A DNA stretch of 62,959 bases, the filler included, from Octopus bimaculoides (Eukaryota): the NCBI RefSeq assembly GCF_001194135.2. It is 4 parts of 4 records of this genome, joined end to end, with 100 filler letters (N's around TTAATTAATTAA, not from the genome) between each part and the next. Parts side by side here need not be neighbours in the genome. Positions count along the whole stretch, not along the records: positions 36,944 to 60,749 come from NC_068984.1; positions 60,850 to 62,959 come from NW_026420359.1; 2 more parts are not named here. One strand, written 5' to 3'. Each line of letters begins with the position of its first letter. Position 1 is the stretch's first letter. Both the position numbers and the translations under genes were made by a program. The notes beneath the pieces are model-generated. The model was not told the origin of the DNA, did no database searches, and worked only from the letters and a program-made list of their open reading frames with translations. Positions 50,029 to 62,959 of this stretch are shown here, piece by piece.

Positions 50029-50799
50029 GTTGGTTAGCTGATGACGAGTGATATTACGTCAGACTGCTAGGATATAGACATATTTTACAGGTCGGATCGT
50101 TCCAATGATTGATTGAAAGTAAAATCTGCAACAAACAAGGAACAAGATTAGAACCTTGATGTAACGAGGGACAGAGTGCAGCTGTATATGTGCTCGTTCG
50201 AATCTAGATGTAATCTGGAATACTTAAAAGATTTGACAGTTAACATATGTGCCGAGGTCAAAGTAAATATATAAACTATATCTTTACTTAAAGTAAAATC
50301 TTTAACTAACACCAGAATATCTCAACACTCAACAGATGTGACATGTCAACTGCTTGTTCTGTATTGGAATACTTGTAAGGAATTAAACATCCCAACAGAA
50401 GAATAAATAGTCTGTTATCAGATTGGTAGTTGTTAATGAAAACACTGTAATTTCTGTTCTGTGAGTGTTCTAGCTGATAGAAGAAATAAATGTCATGACA
50501 TAGTGATCATTTAAGACGAAAGCATGATGTCTTAATTCACATTGATTAATATGGTGTAATTATCTGATTATAAACACAAGGAAAAACTGTGAAATATTCC
50601 TGGCATTCAACTTCGTTAAAGCTTGCAGTATATAACACAAAGTTATTTTATGGTGCAGTGAAAGTTTTATTGAACTAATCACTGTCTTGGCAGACTGTCA
50701 TTAGTTGTGGTTACTGGTAGGGAGTTTACAGAGAGAGGGACCGAGAAGTAGTGCCAATGAGAGAAAGGGGGAGGAAAGAGAAATGAGGGAGTGAAAGAA

Positions 50800-50834
<35 letters not shown>

Positions 50835-51574
50835 AAGAGAGAGAGAAAGATAGAGAGAAAGAAAGATAGAGAGAACTGTGAGATAAAGATAAATTGAGAG
50901 AAAGAGAAAAGTGTCTACAGAGTGAGAAATGAAAAGGATAATAATGGTAGTATGACGAGAAGGAGTGGTGGTGAAGAAGGGGGGGACAAGGTGGCAGAAG
51001 AGAGGAGGAGGACGAATAGTAGGCGGAAGAGGAAGCACAAAAACAGCGACAAAAGCAACAAATCCAATCGCCTAACAACCAGAAAACAACAGAAATACAA
51101 TAAACAACACTAAATATAAACACAACAGCAAAAAAAGTAAAGTATTGCAGAAAGATTAAATGTGATATAAATAAACAAAAATATTTTCTTAGTTTCCCCG
51201 AATATCAAAACGATAAACAATAAAAGAATGGCAATTGGGTATTGGTTCCGTTTCATCGTTTTCGTCTGTCGAGAATTAGCTTTCTCTTTTTTTGATCATC
51301 TCTTCCTCAAAAACTTGCCAATACACTTCTCTTCTTTTAGCTATCTCACCATCAAAAATTTACCATTATCTCTACTCTTCTTCTGAATCTCTCTCTCACT
51401 CTCCCTTTTTGCCTCCCTCTCTCTTTCTCTTTCTCTCTCATTCTCTGCCTCTCAAAAAAAAATACGTTTTATCCAAGATGATGTGCATAATATTTTCTCG
51501 GTGTACGCAATCTAAGCAGCAATAAATTATGAAAGATATCCGTGTGTTTCATTACCGTATTCTTTTAATACTTT

Positions 51575-51740
51575 TATTCTTTTACTTGTTTCAGTCATTT
51601 CACTGCGGCCATGCTGGAGCACCGCCTTTAGTCGAACAAATCGACCCCAGGACATATTCTTTGTAAGCCTTTCTATCGGTCTATTTTGCCGAACTGCTAA
51701 ACACACCAACATCGGTTATTATCAAGCGATGGTGGGGGAA
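51575..51740 (-). mobile_element. SINE family A tail
   Basis: ttttacttgtttcagtcatttcactgcggccatgctggagcaccgcctttagtcgaacaaatcgacccc...; CpGs retained. Confidence 0.85.
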
Positions 51741-51873
51741 TAAATATTCACTGTCCGCTCTGTATCTCTGAAGTAACAGATTTCATTTATGCCAGCATGT
51801 GCAGATTCGCGTCCTTGACAGGCTCTAAGAAGGGCGATTGCTGCCGGGATGATATTTGTCCTGCTCCGGTATA

Positions 51874-52258
51874 CAGTGATTTCTCGACTGTCGTGGGTAT
51901 TACGTTCCAAAACCTTCCACAGAAGTAATTCAAATCTAAAAAATATAAATACACTAGCAGAAATACCTGGCGTTGCCCGGGTTAAAGAGAATAATGAANN
52001 NNNNNNNNNNNNNNNNNNNNNNNNNNNNNNNNNNNNNNNNNNNNNNNNNNNNNNNNNNNNNNNNNNNNNNNNNNNNNNNNNNNNNNNNNNNNNNNNNNAC
52101 AGACAGACAGACAGACACACATTCTCATTTTTATATATATAGATATCGGCCGCAGAAACCCCTGAGGAGTCCGAGATATAAACTTACATATGTTAGCTAG
52201 GAAAAATCCGCGATCCGTGTGCGCGATAGGTGAACCGCGATATGGTGAGGGATTACTG
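51874..52258. mobile_element. Tc1/mariner MITE interrupted by a Helitron-like insertion
   Basis: Both halves align with the 49058-49262 copy. Confidence 0.85.
51953..52144 (+). mobile_element. Helitron/DINE-like element nested in the MITE (contains an N gap)
   Basis: actagcag...cctggcgttgcccggg at the 5' end; (GACA)n...tttatatatatagat at the 3' end. Confidence 0.75.
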
Positions 52259-52322
52259 TATACAGTGTTTTGTAATTAGCACTGATATACATGATACCAT
52301 AGAATCATGTATATCAGTGGTG

Positions 52323-52728
52323 TACGAGGGTATAGACAAAAGTAACCGGAAACTTTCACTGTAGGAAAAGCCCATGGTAGTTCAGACTTCTGCCGCTAGA
52401 AGCCATTTGATGCGATCCTCAGGCATCAGTCTGCCGACCCGCGTTGTCTTGTTCTGTCATACTGACACATGACGCGTCTTTGTTTTGCAGTGCTCCTCCC
52501 CTGTCCGTCGGTTTTTGTGAACACTGAAACGAATTAACGGTGTACTTCCGTCAAATTCTGTGTTCTGCTGGGGAAAACGGCGACCGAAACAGTTGTCATG
52601 CTTCAAACAGCTTACAAGGATGCTGTCATGAGCAAAACACAAGTTTACGAGTGGTTTTCACGTTTTAGGAATGGTTACTGGTCGCTTCCGGACCAACCTG
52701 GTTCAGGGCCTCCGTGGACCCCCCCCCC
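52323..52728 (+). mobile_element. Mariner 5' end with the transposase HTH region
   Basis: TA-CGAGGG terminus; VKFCVLLGKTATETVVMLQTAYKDAVMSKTQVYEWFSRFRNG...GSGPP. Confidence 0.9.
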
Positions 52729-53471
52729 NNNNNNNNNNNNNNNNNNNNNNNNNNNNNNNNNNNNNNNNNNNNNNNNNNNNNNNNNNNNNNNNNNNNNNNN
52801 NNNNNNNNNNNNNNNNNNNNNNNNNNNNNNNNNNNNNNNNNNNNNNNNNNNNNNNNNNNNNNNNNNNNNNNNNNNNNNNNNNNNNNNNNNNNNNNNNNNN
52901 NNNNNNNNNNNNNNNNNNNNNNNNNNNNNNNNNNNNNNNNNNNNNNNNNNNNNNNNNNNNNNNNNNNNNNNNNNNNNNNNNNNNNNNNNNNNNNNNNNNN
53001 NNNNNNNNNNNNNNNNNNNNNNNNNNNNNNNNNNNNNNNNNNNNNNNNNNNNNNNNNNNNNNNNNNNNNNNNNNNNNNNNNNNNNNNNNNNNNNNNNNNN
53101 NNNNNNNNNNNNNNNNNNNNNNNNNNNNNNNNNNNNNNNNNNNNNNNNNNNNNNNNNNNNNNNNNNNNNNNNNNNNNNNNNNNNNNNNNNNNNNNNNNNN
53201 NNNNNNNNNNNNNNNNNNNNNNNNNNNNNNNNNNNNNNNNNNNNNNNNNNNNNNNNNNNNNNNNNNNNNNNNNNNNNNNNNNNNNNNNNNNNNNNNNNNN
53301 NNNNNNNNNNNNNNNNNNNNNNNNNNNNNNNNNNNNNNNNNNNNNNNNNNNNNNNNNNNNNNNNNNNNNNNNNNNNNNNNNNNNNNNNNNNNNNNNNNNN
53401 NNNNNNNNNNNNNNNNNNNNNNNNNNNNNNNNNNNNNNNNNNNNNGCCACTTTTAATTGGTTAGATATTAA

Positions 53472-53790
53472 AGAGCTGAAGGCGGCGAGATGGCAGAAAC
53501 GTTAGCATGCCGATGTAATCGGCTTAATACCTTTGTCTGTCCTTGTTTGTCCCCTCTATGTTTAGCCCCTTGTGGGCAATAAAGAAGTAAGAAACGTTAG
53601 CACGCCGGGCGAAATGCTTAGTGGTATTTCGTCTGTCTTTACGTTCTGAGTTCAAATTCCGCTAAGGTCGACTTTGCCTTTCATCCTTTCGGGGTCGATA
53701 AATTAAGTACCAGTTGCGTTCTGGGGTCGATCTAATCGACTGGCCCCTCCCCAAACAATTCGGGCCTTGTGCCTAGAGTAGAAAAGATAT
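53472..53790 (+). mobile_element. SINE family B, CpG-rich, with duplicated head
   Basis: gatggcagaaacgttagca...gaaacgttagcacgccgggcgaaatgcttag...ttctgagttcaaattccgc...gccttgtgcctagagtagaaaag. Confidence 0.88.
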
Positions 53791-54719
53791 TAAAAAGCTG
53801 AGGTATATGCTAGCATACGGTAAAAAAAATTACCTATCACAATTTTCAAAGGCCAGTACAACAAACAGTTTTACAAAATGGCTGCCTCCTCGGTCTGAAG
53901 CATGAACTAACATTAAGACAAAATATGTTTGGAGTTGTTTGGAGTATTAGCCACACATTAATTGTTTTCTTTTTCTTTTTTGTATCATATTTTCTCCATA
54001 AAACATCGCCATCACCTTCAATATTTGGGAGTAAATAAAGAAATAACACCAATTATCCAATAAATCATTTTGAAAGAATGTCGAGAAACAAAAACAGGGA
54101 GAACACGTCCCTAAATGTCTTTCAGTATATAGTCTCATTCGTCTACAGTGACGACAAAAACGAGAGCAACACTAGCACCGTCAACAACAGCTACAACTTG
54201 ATTTCTGCTCAAATCATATCAGTGCTGACTTACATTGCCATAGCTCTGTATATTATATTACATGCCAGATACATGATTGACGAAGTACAGCACAAACAAA
54301 ATAGCTCTCAGTAAGCATCAGCATCTGAGCCCACTGAATGAATGTCAATATTTTCATTGCGATCTCTCACCCAGCGACAAAGTGTAAATCCGGATCGGGT
54401 GGATTAGTACTCCAATGAGGCCCGATCGACAGAGCTGTAAAAGAAGCAGTCATTACTACTACTGCTCCTNNNNNNNNNNNNNNNNNNNNNNNNNNNNNNN
54501 NNNNNNNNNNNNNNNNNNNNNNNNNNNNNNNNNNNNNNNNNNNNNNNNNNNNNNNNNNNNNNNNNNNNNNNNNNNNNNNNNNNNNNNNNNNNNNNNNNNN
54601 NNNNNNNNNNNNNNNNNNNNNNNNNNNNNNNNNNNNNNNNNNNNNNNNNNNNNNNNNNNNNNNNNNNNNNNNNNNNNNNNNNNNNNNNNNNNNTACTACT
54701 ACTACTACTACTACTACTA

Positions 54720-54766
<47 letters not shown>

Positions 54767-54785
54767 AAGAATGATAATTATAATA

Positions 54786-55343
54786 AATGCCTTGATGCAA
54801 TACCAGGCAGTGGCTCTCATGGCTTCTCATCTTAACTGATTGGAAGTGTTATCATGTACATTGTTTTAACTCGGTATAAAAGACGGGCTACAGCAAATAT
54901 TCCACTCAATACCACAGATTTGCTTGTCAGTTGTTTGACATTAACCAGTTGACCATGTTCCGTAGTGGCTGACGATATAAGCATCTCTGATCACGAGCAG
55001 AAGTAGTGGAGGAGCATTGTAGCCATGTTGTTAGAAGAATTCTTTCGGGTTTGAATAATTCACATTTGGAAACATGGGTGTTTTGTTGAACATCCTTAAA
55101 TAACCCTTATTCAAAGACCTTTTGAGCAGGATAGGCCACTCGACTTGAAGTTTTACTGGGCCCCACCTGCAAACTCATGTGCTGTTTACCTTGATATGAA
55201 ATCACCATGTCGCGCACATATGGTTGTGATGCATGTGCCTGGTGTATCCTTATCACACGGGTAGTAATGATGGGTATAACGGGCTTCGTATATTTTACTA
55301 CAGTGTAACTTTGATGGCATGCACTGCTCTCTCATATAATAAC

Positions 55344-55417
<74 letters not shown>

Positions 55418-56030
55418 TAATTATAATAATAATAATAATAATAATAATAAATGCCCGGATGCAATACCAGGCAGTGGCTCTCATGGCTTCTCATCTTAAT
55501 TGATTGGAAGTGTTATCATGTACATTGTTTGTCTTGGTATAAAAGATAGGCTACAACAAATATTCTGCTAAATACCACAGATTTGCTTGTCAGTTGTTTG
55601 ACCTTAACCAGTTGAGCATTTTGCCTTGTTGGCGGACGATATGTGCATCTCTGATCATGAGCAGAAGTAGTGGGGGAGCATCATAGCCATGTGTAGAGAG
55701 GAATTCTTTGGAGTTTTGATAATTCACCTTTGGAAACATGGGTGTTTTGCTCAACATCCTTAAACAAACCTTATTCAGGGACCTTTTGAGTGGGATGGGC
55801 TACTCGACCTGAAGAAAATTCTAACTGGGCCCCACCTGCGAGGTCATGCGATGTTTACCTTGATATGTGATCACCATGTCGCGCACATATTGTTGTGATG
55901 CATGTGCCTGGTGTACCCTTATCAGACGGGTAGTCATGATGTGTATAATGGGCTTCGTATATTTTACCCCAGTGTCACTTTGATGGCATGCACTGCTCTC
56001 TCATTCAATAATAATAATAATAATAATAAA
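54786..56030 (+). mobile_element. Tandem pair of the 550-bp (AAT)n-associated element (54786-55334 and 55450-56006)
   Basis: Both copies start aatgcc..gatgcaataccaggcagtggctctcatgg and end gcatgcactgctctctca, each followed by (AAT)n. Confidence 0.92.
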
Positions 56031-56034
56031 CACG

Positions 56035-56190
56035 TACCCTTTAATACAAGTATAACTCATATTTGCTAGCTGAGTGGACTGGAGAAACGTAAAATAAAAT
56101 GTTTTGCTCAAGGACATAACGCGCTGCTAGGACCCGAACTCACGATCCTGAGTCGAAATTCCCTAACCACTGATCCACGTGCTTTCACAG
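56035..56190 (-). mobile_element. SINE family C head
   Basis: tagctgagtggactggagaaacgtaaaataaaatgttttgctcaaggacataacgcg...cccgaactcacgatcc...ccctaaccactga. Confidence 0.75.
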
Positions 56191-56628
56191 ATACACTGAA
56201 TATTGTAGTTCTCAGTATACAAAATATCGAGAGGATCAGGGCTAGAAAGCCTTTACCCATAAGTCTGTTCAATCATTACTGAACAACAAGAACAGCAACA
56301 GCATGAACAACCTCAACACCAGGAACAGCAAGAGAACAGAAACAACCATAACAACAACAACAGCAGCAGCAGCAGTACTAGCACCATCAATCACAACGAC
56401 GACGATTATGTCAAGATCACATTTGCAATGGAGAAAACATTTCGTTGTTAATTGTTATTAGTTTGTTTCAAAATGATGCGAAATAGAAGCTACAGTTTAG
56501 TAAAGTATCTGCCCTGTCTCACCAATATCCCATTCATCACTGTCACCTTTATAACAGAGTATTGTTCACATTCCCTTGATACACAGTCAGTTATTTAAGA
56601 GTAGCGGGCACAGCGATTTAAATATGTT

Positions 56629-56667
<39 letters not shown>

Positions 56668-57799
56668 CTCTTGCATACTGCTTGACCGCGGAGGAACATG
56701 AAAGCTAAAGTTCATTCTAGCGAAATTTAAACTGTTAACTTTGGACTAAATGATTTCTGACATTTAATCCGACACTCTATCGTTTCTGCTAATTGATAAG
56801 ATAATAACATCGATTTCTCAAAAGGCAAAAGTGGGCAACGATTAATGTGTACAGTGAAGCGAAGAGAATTCCAACCTTCGGTTTGGGTAAACATAGTTTT
56901 TATTGAGCTGATTTTTGGTTTATCTAGACTGTTATGAGTTTCTTGGAATTCTCATATTTAACAAACACCCCGGAAAGTTGAAGAGTTCGATCTTAGTATT
57001 TCCTAGCACTTAATTTGCCAACATCTGCAATAATAAAGACAAGGTCCAACCTATTGGATTCCTAATTAAAACCAGAATCCGAAAAAACTGAGTAATAATT
57101 GGGAAGAATTCAGCCCCGTACTTCACTGCTTTTGAATCTCTACTGTTTTGTCAAAGAGCTTGGATGATTTTTTTACTTTCTCAATTCAGATGAATTCAGG
57201 ACTCAATAAGTAGTCCAACGTTTTTAAAACTTATTTTGGACTATGTTGCTGCCGTTGTTGAACTTCCAGACAAGGCCTGATGGAATAAAATTTTTCTCGT
57301 AACCATTTGTCTTTCATCTAGTTGTTATTGTGCGTGGGACTACAACATTCAAACTGTCCTTCTTTTTAACATTGCACATGGATATGACGAGATGGTGATT
57401 TACTTGATATTTCAAGCAGATGCATTCGAATACACGAAGTAACTGTAACATCTTTAGATCGTCGTCGTCGTTGCTGTTGTTGTTGTTATAATAACTGGTC
57501 ATGCCAATTGTCCTGATGTTAGTGCTGGTGGCGATAATACTAAATAGTGGGGGTAACCTTATTGTTGCTGTTTGTGTTGTTGTAGCTGCTGTTGTTGCTT
57601 AGCCAGCCGCAGTTCAGTCCTGATCGAGCAGACCTCTGATCAAATCCTTCCAACTATGATTTCGACGGTTCCCGTCGATTTTACTTTTCTTTATCAGTAA
57701 AGCTCTATCTCTCATCTAGTTTTCCTAAATATTTCTTTACTTCTAGCTGGAGCAATCATAAACCATGTCCTCCCACAAGAGATTTCACTGTCCCTCGTG

Positions 57800-60400
57800 A
57801 AGTTTTCTTTTTAACGAAGATGAGGTTGTGTTTGTTTACTGCTGCTGGAGACAAATTTTCTATCCAGTAGGTCTTTCGGGATCTACAATCGGATATATTG
57901 TGAGCATGGCTCAGTCAATGGAGGTGTTGTTGTTTCAGTAGGTTGAGGGGGCTGGATATTTGCACACGAATCAGAACATCTTTATTGCTGACTCAATCAG
58001 TCATTTGATGTCCAAGCTCCGTCTCAGTCTGCGTAGATGGAAGGTATTGAGATGCCATTCTTGTGTGGAGTAGATGCTTCAAGTCTCACTGCCATAAAGT
58101 AGAGTATTGAGGACCCAAGCCCAGTAAACTGGAACCTTTGTGTGTACCGATACTATACCTCCTCCCAAACTCTTGTTGTCAACCAAATTAGTGCTGAAGT
58201 TGCTCTCCAGTACGTCTCAGACACGAGAGAGAAGACGTTGATATGGTAGAGCCGAGGTATGTAAATTCATGTACAACCTCCAGCTTGTAGTCGTTGATTG
58301 TAATAGTAAGGGAGTCTTCAGCAGTTTAGACCTGCACTTTCACTTCCATCAGATTGATGCCTTTTGTAACACTATCCATGAAGTTTTGCCGTTGCTCCTC
58401 TAAATGTATTACCAGTCCTGCATCATCTGCAAGCAGTATGTCTCTGATGAGTACTTCAGATACTTTGGTTTACACCATCAGCCGGGACAAACTGAGAAGT
58501 TTCCCGTTTGATCTCGTATCACGTATGAAAGTAAACATCAGCTGAGGTTCTAAAGAAGAAGATAGCGAAGTGGTGACAAGAATGCAGCCTTGTTTCAATT
58601 CACTGTTATCGTTAAAGGATTCAGAGGGAGAGCTATCAAACTGAATGGCATATGTCTACGTAGAATGACCGAACAGACCCGAGTAGCCTCAAAAGGGATT
58701 CAATCTTGGCAACGATTTTGAACAAGCCGTTTCTACTCATATGGTTGGAGACCTTCGTGAGGTCACCAAAAGTAATGTAGAGCTGTTGTCTTTCCACCCT
58801 GTGGCAAAGAGATTTCTCTGTAGTTACAATCGCTGCTTTTTCGTTTGTTCTTGCATAAAGTGACAATATAGCAATCTCTCATGTCCTATAAAACTGCTCC
58901 TTCTTTCTAGCATTAGCACTATAGTTTGTGTAGGTAGAACAATGAGAAGCCCTTTGCAGACTTGATGCTTTTTGATGGCATGTTATCCAGTCTCGGTGTC
59001 TTGTAAGTGGGTAGATCGTCAACAGCTTTACTCAACATTTCAGCAGTTATCAGAGTTGAATTCCTCCACTTCTGGCAAGCATTTCACGAAGCTAGCGCAT
59101 TGTGGTGGGTTTTCTGTGAAGCAGAGTTCGGAATAATGCTCTACCTACTTTTCTAACCACCTGCTTTCGTCGTTGATGGTTCCTCCTGTAAAGTTTTTTA
59201 ATAGTCCTGTCTTTCTTTCTATGTTCGAGCAGTACAGCATGCTTTGCCTTGAGGACAACGGAGAGTTAGCTTGAACTTGTTTCAAAGTGTACTGTGTCTG
59301 ACTTCATGCTTTACAAAAGCATATTCCACAAGCACATTCCTCAAATAGCAACGTATTTTAAGTAAAAGGTAAAGTTTGTGCTAGTGTTTACAACAAGAAT
59401 GTCTCTAAGACACTTTGCACTGTAAGTGTTGGTGGCACAGTCCATGAAATATGAAAAGTTCAAGCAAACGTTGCCCGTTGCTATTTATGCTGCCAAATCC
59501 ATGTCGGCTCAGGCAGCATGGCCAGGGGATGTGTACGGTACTCGGTCTGGCGTTGAAATCACCAAGCAGCAGTCGCTGTTCCTGATTTGGGGTTTCTTGA
59601 ATTGTCCTTGAGAGTTGATTTTGTATCTTGTGTAGAATAGAGAGTTGATCGGAGTGGAGACACCGTAAAGTTGACAGGCCCATCAGATGTATGAGTCAAA
59701 GTGAGAAAAACGCGCAGTGAATTTCTCATAGCAAAATCAAACCATACCCTATAGTCTTGTTTAAGCTCTTTCCATGTCAAAGAAAGGTGTCGGCTCTTTT
59801 CATAGAGTTCCTAATCCTGAAAAACATTTCTCTTGTGATATTGCAACATCCACTTGAAGTTTTAGAATTTCGTTGCTAATCAGTACTGACAGTCCAGTGA
59901 TCATAGTTTGTACACTCCTAACCTGAGGGCTGACTTCTTGTTGTATCTAGTGCAGTATTTACCTTCCACATTTCAGGCCACATATATCTCTAAACCCCAC
60001 CTGCACGATGAAGAAGGCGGATTTTGATGAGATATCACCTGGCCGATTGGGATTTTCCCAATTTGAGGCGGCTAACAGCTGTCCAGTGAAATAGGATGAT
60101 CTCTCCCACCGTTGAAAGCTTTCCTTGGTACCTATCTGCTCACCAATTAAGCGCAGGTTTATAACCGATAGACGGATAGTTCCCGTATGCTACATCGAGA
60201 TGAGGTAATGCTAAACTGTTCCTTCCAGAGCGCAGATACATGGAGAGTAAGTATGGGTAACCAGCAGTTGCTCATGAGGCAGATACCGTCTCTTCACGAG
60301 ACTGATATTGTCCATGGGAGGGGCGAGCGCTAATAAAGCCTGGTGCAAGTGGTACCTCATAAGATGTCAGAACATCGAAAACAATGTCGCACAGTCTAAG
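57800..60400 (-). mobile_element. Degenerate RTE LINE (5' region, APE and RT)
   Basis: LLLGDFNAR; GSINSNGQRLLEL; FGDLTKVSNHMSRNGLFKI; LKQGCILV; LIRDILLADDAGL; many frameshifts. Confidence 0.88.
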
Positions 60401-60749
60401 GGACTTCAAAGCCGCGCTTTTTTTCCTCAGGATATCCTCCCGAAGACTTTCCCATCAGTGAGAAACAGTGGAGGTTTGAAATTAGAGATTGCTCGTTCTC
60501 ACTTTTTCTCCCCCCCCCTCTCTCTTTCTCTCTTTCACTCTTTCTCTCATTATGTGCAACATTCGCACTTCCTACAGAGTCACGTTCCCAACCAGCTCCA
60601 AAACCCTTTTTGTTCTTCCTTTCCACTATCTTTTCTTCGTTTTTCTGATAAAAAATACTGTCCGAAGCCTTAAAAATCCGTTTCTTTCAAGCGGTAGATA
60701 AATAACACCTTTGTTAAAACTTGTCGCCCTTGCGGTTTTTCTTGGTTTT

Positions 60750-60849
60750 NNNNNNNNNNNNNNNNNNNNNNNNNNNNNNNNNNNNNNNNNNNNTTAATTA
60801 ATTAANNNNNNNNNNNNNNNNNNNNNNNNNNNNNNNNNNNNNNNNNNNN
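60750..60849. other. Artificial scaffold spacer
   Basis: 44 N + TTAATTAATTAA + 44 N. Confidence 0.95.
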
Positions 60850-61226
60850 TATATATATGTATGTATGTATATATATACATATATATATATACGTACGTAT
60901 ATACATACAGTACGTGTGCGTGTGTCCCTGCTAATACACAAAGGCAGTACAGATGCACCAAATTAAATATACCCGACTAAATTCCTCGAAAATCACACCA
61001 TACCCTATTTTCTTGCATATGAAGAATATACATTGCAATTATCAATGCTTGTGTCAACTACTTGCAAACGGATGGATTGTTGCGTTCCTCGAGGTATTCG
61101 ATCACAGGCGTGCTCATTTAGAGCTGACCTCAGGCTAAAGAAGACTAATAAGAAATGGTTCATTTAGTCGAAATGCAAAAGAATAAGCAGGTAGTAAATC
61201 CCTGAACGCAAAACATGAATCTCCGA

Positions 61227-61261
<35 letters not shown>

Positions 61262-62959
61262 CATACATATATTACCTATATCGCATCAATATGCATGCAT
61301 NNNNNNNNNNNNNNNNNNNNNNNNNNNNNNNNNNNNNNNNNNNNNNNNNNNNNNNNNNNNNNNNNNNNNNNNNNNNNNNNNNNNNNNNNNNNNNNNNNNN
61401 NNNNNNNNNNNNNNNNNNNNNNNNNNNNNNNNNNNNNNNNNNNNNNNNNNNNNNNNNNNNNNNNNNNNNNNNNNNNNNNNNNNNNNNNNNNNNNNNNNNN
61501 NNNNNNNNNNNNNNNNNNNNNNNNNNNNNNNNNNNNNNNNNNNNNNNNNNNNNNNNNNNNNNNNNNNNNNNNNNNNNNNNNNNNNNNNNNNNNNNNNNNN
61601 NNNNNNNNNNNNNNNNNNNNNNNNNNNNNNNNNNNNNNNNNNNNNNNNNNNNNNNNNNNNNNNNNNNNNNNNNNNNNNNNNNNNNNNNNNNNNNNNNNNN
61701 NNNNNNNNNNNNNNNNNNNNNNNNNNNNNNNNNNNNNNNNNNNNNNNNNNNNNNNNNNNNNNNNNNNNNNNNNNNNNNNNNNNNNNNNNNNNNNNNNNNN
61801 NNNNNNNNNNNNNNNNNNNNNNNNNNNNNNNNNNNNNNNNNNNNNNNNNNNNNNNNNNNNNNNNNNNNNNNNNNNNNNNNNNNNNNNNNNNNNNNNNNNN
61901 NNNNNNNNNNNNNNNNNNNNNNNNNNNNNNNNNNNNNNNNNNNNNNNNNNNNNNNNNNNNNNNNNNNNNNNNNNNNNNNNNTCTAATTTAGCTTATAATT
62001 CAAAAAACTTCTGCAATTTACCGAGAACAGCGCGGCCCCAAAATTTTCCATAGATTTTAGTCTTCGGCGACTTTATTTCATTTGAATTTCTTAATTGTTT
62101 ATGGTTAATTCTTTTTTTAAATATATTTCATTACCGTTTGCCATTTCTCAATTGTCGAATATTTAGCCTTTTACTTAATTTTCCTTCACTTCAAAGTATA
62201 TTTTACAACCAACCCAACAAAATTAAACGTTTTTGCGTTTCGTTTTACTATTTCACGAATTTTGTATTTCTGTCAGTGCTATACGTATATAGTTTAATCC
62301 GATAAACTTCTCGGAAAATGCATATTATTTAACATACATGCACGCGTGTATTTAAGCATGCGTGCATTTTTTTGCATATATCGCTTGAAGGTACCGGTCA
62401 CATTTCTTAAGAATTATTGTTGTATTAGATGGTTTCTGGTTCGTCATGGCGTCTAAATCAAATGGTCGGATGGACGGCCTTCATGCTCTAATATAACAGT
62501 GTTCTATGCGGTAATTTACTAACGATCCATCAAAATATCTCTTTGCTATGATTTCTTATATATGAATACAATATGACAACTTGACCCCTCTAGGATATGC
62601 TTATATTACAATCGTTAACTATAAAATCTTGCAGTATAAAATCTTGCTATGTATTCACGAAGTTTGATATTTTAATCATATACTGAAATTCCTTTATTGA
62701 TTCTGTTGATAATCAATACACCGTCGTTATACTTTGGCAAAATAGTTCGTAAAATATCATTTGATGAAACGGATTGGTTACATAAAACACGCTAATTTAC
62801 GTAATGTTATCTAATGTGCTATGTACGGGCTTTGTATTTGGGAATAAACTTCGCTATCGTAAAGCATGTAGTGATGTTTCGTACAGTCTATTTTTATCGT
62901 ATACCCCAACCACACATACACGTACGCGCATGAACACACACACACGCACACACACACAC

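Noticed and set aside
54078-54314. 78-aa ORF with a hydrophobic stretch
   Set aside because: Short, no motif, composition similar to the flanking non-coding DNA.
54408-54469. Possible complemented contig-end extension (tactcc followed by atgagg)
   Set aside because: Only a 6-bp coincidence, and a normal 7-bp inverted repeat (gatcggg/cccgatc) explains the region equally well.

Overview
AT-rich, gap-riddled animal genomic DNA made almost entirely of transposable-element debris and microsatellites. No host protein-coding gene, RNA gene or CRISPR array can be supported. The SINE families, the (AAT)n/(ATC)n/(CA)n load and the short-read gap pattern resemble an octopus (coleoid cephalopod) draft assembly; this is an inference from recalled repeat families and was not verified by search. 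Recognisable elements: CR1-like, RTE, R4/Dong-like (REL endonuclease), L1/Tx1-like and Penelope-like (GIY-YIG) retroelement fragments; mariner and maT (DD37D) transposase relics; hAT and Tc1/mariner MITEs; Helitron/DINE-like elements; and three tRNA-type SINE families. Structures worth follow-up: a sharp CpG-decay boundary at about 22.8 kb; a mariner-derived foldback; an L1/Tx1 3' end joined head-to-tail to an ORF1 start; co-oriented stacking of (AAT)n-targeted elements, including a roughly 550-bp non-coding family; Penelope copies with inverted pseudo-LTRs and hammerhead cores; and a short contig that may be written reversed. Most coordinates are read by eye and are approximate unless exact motifs are quoted.
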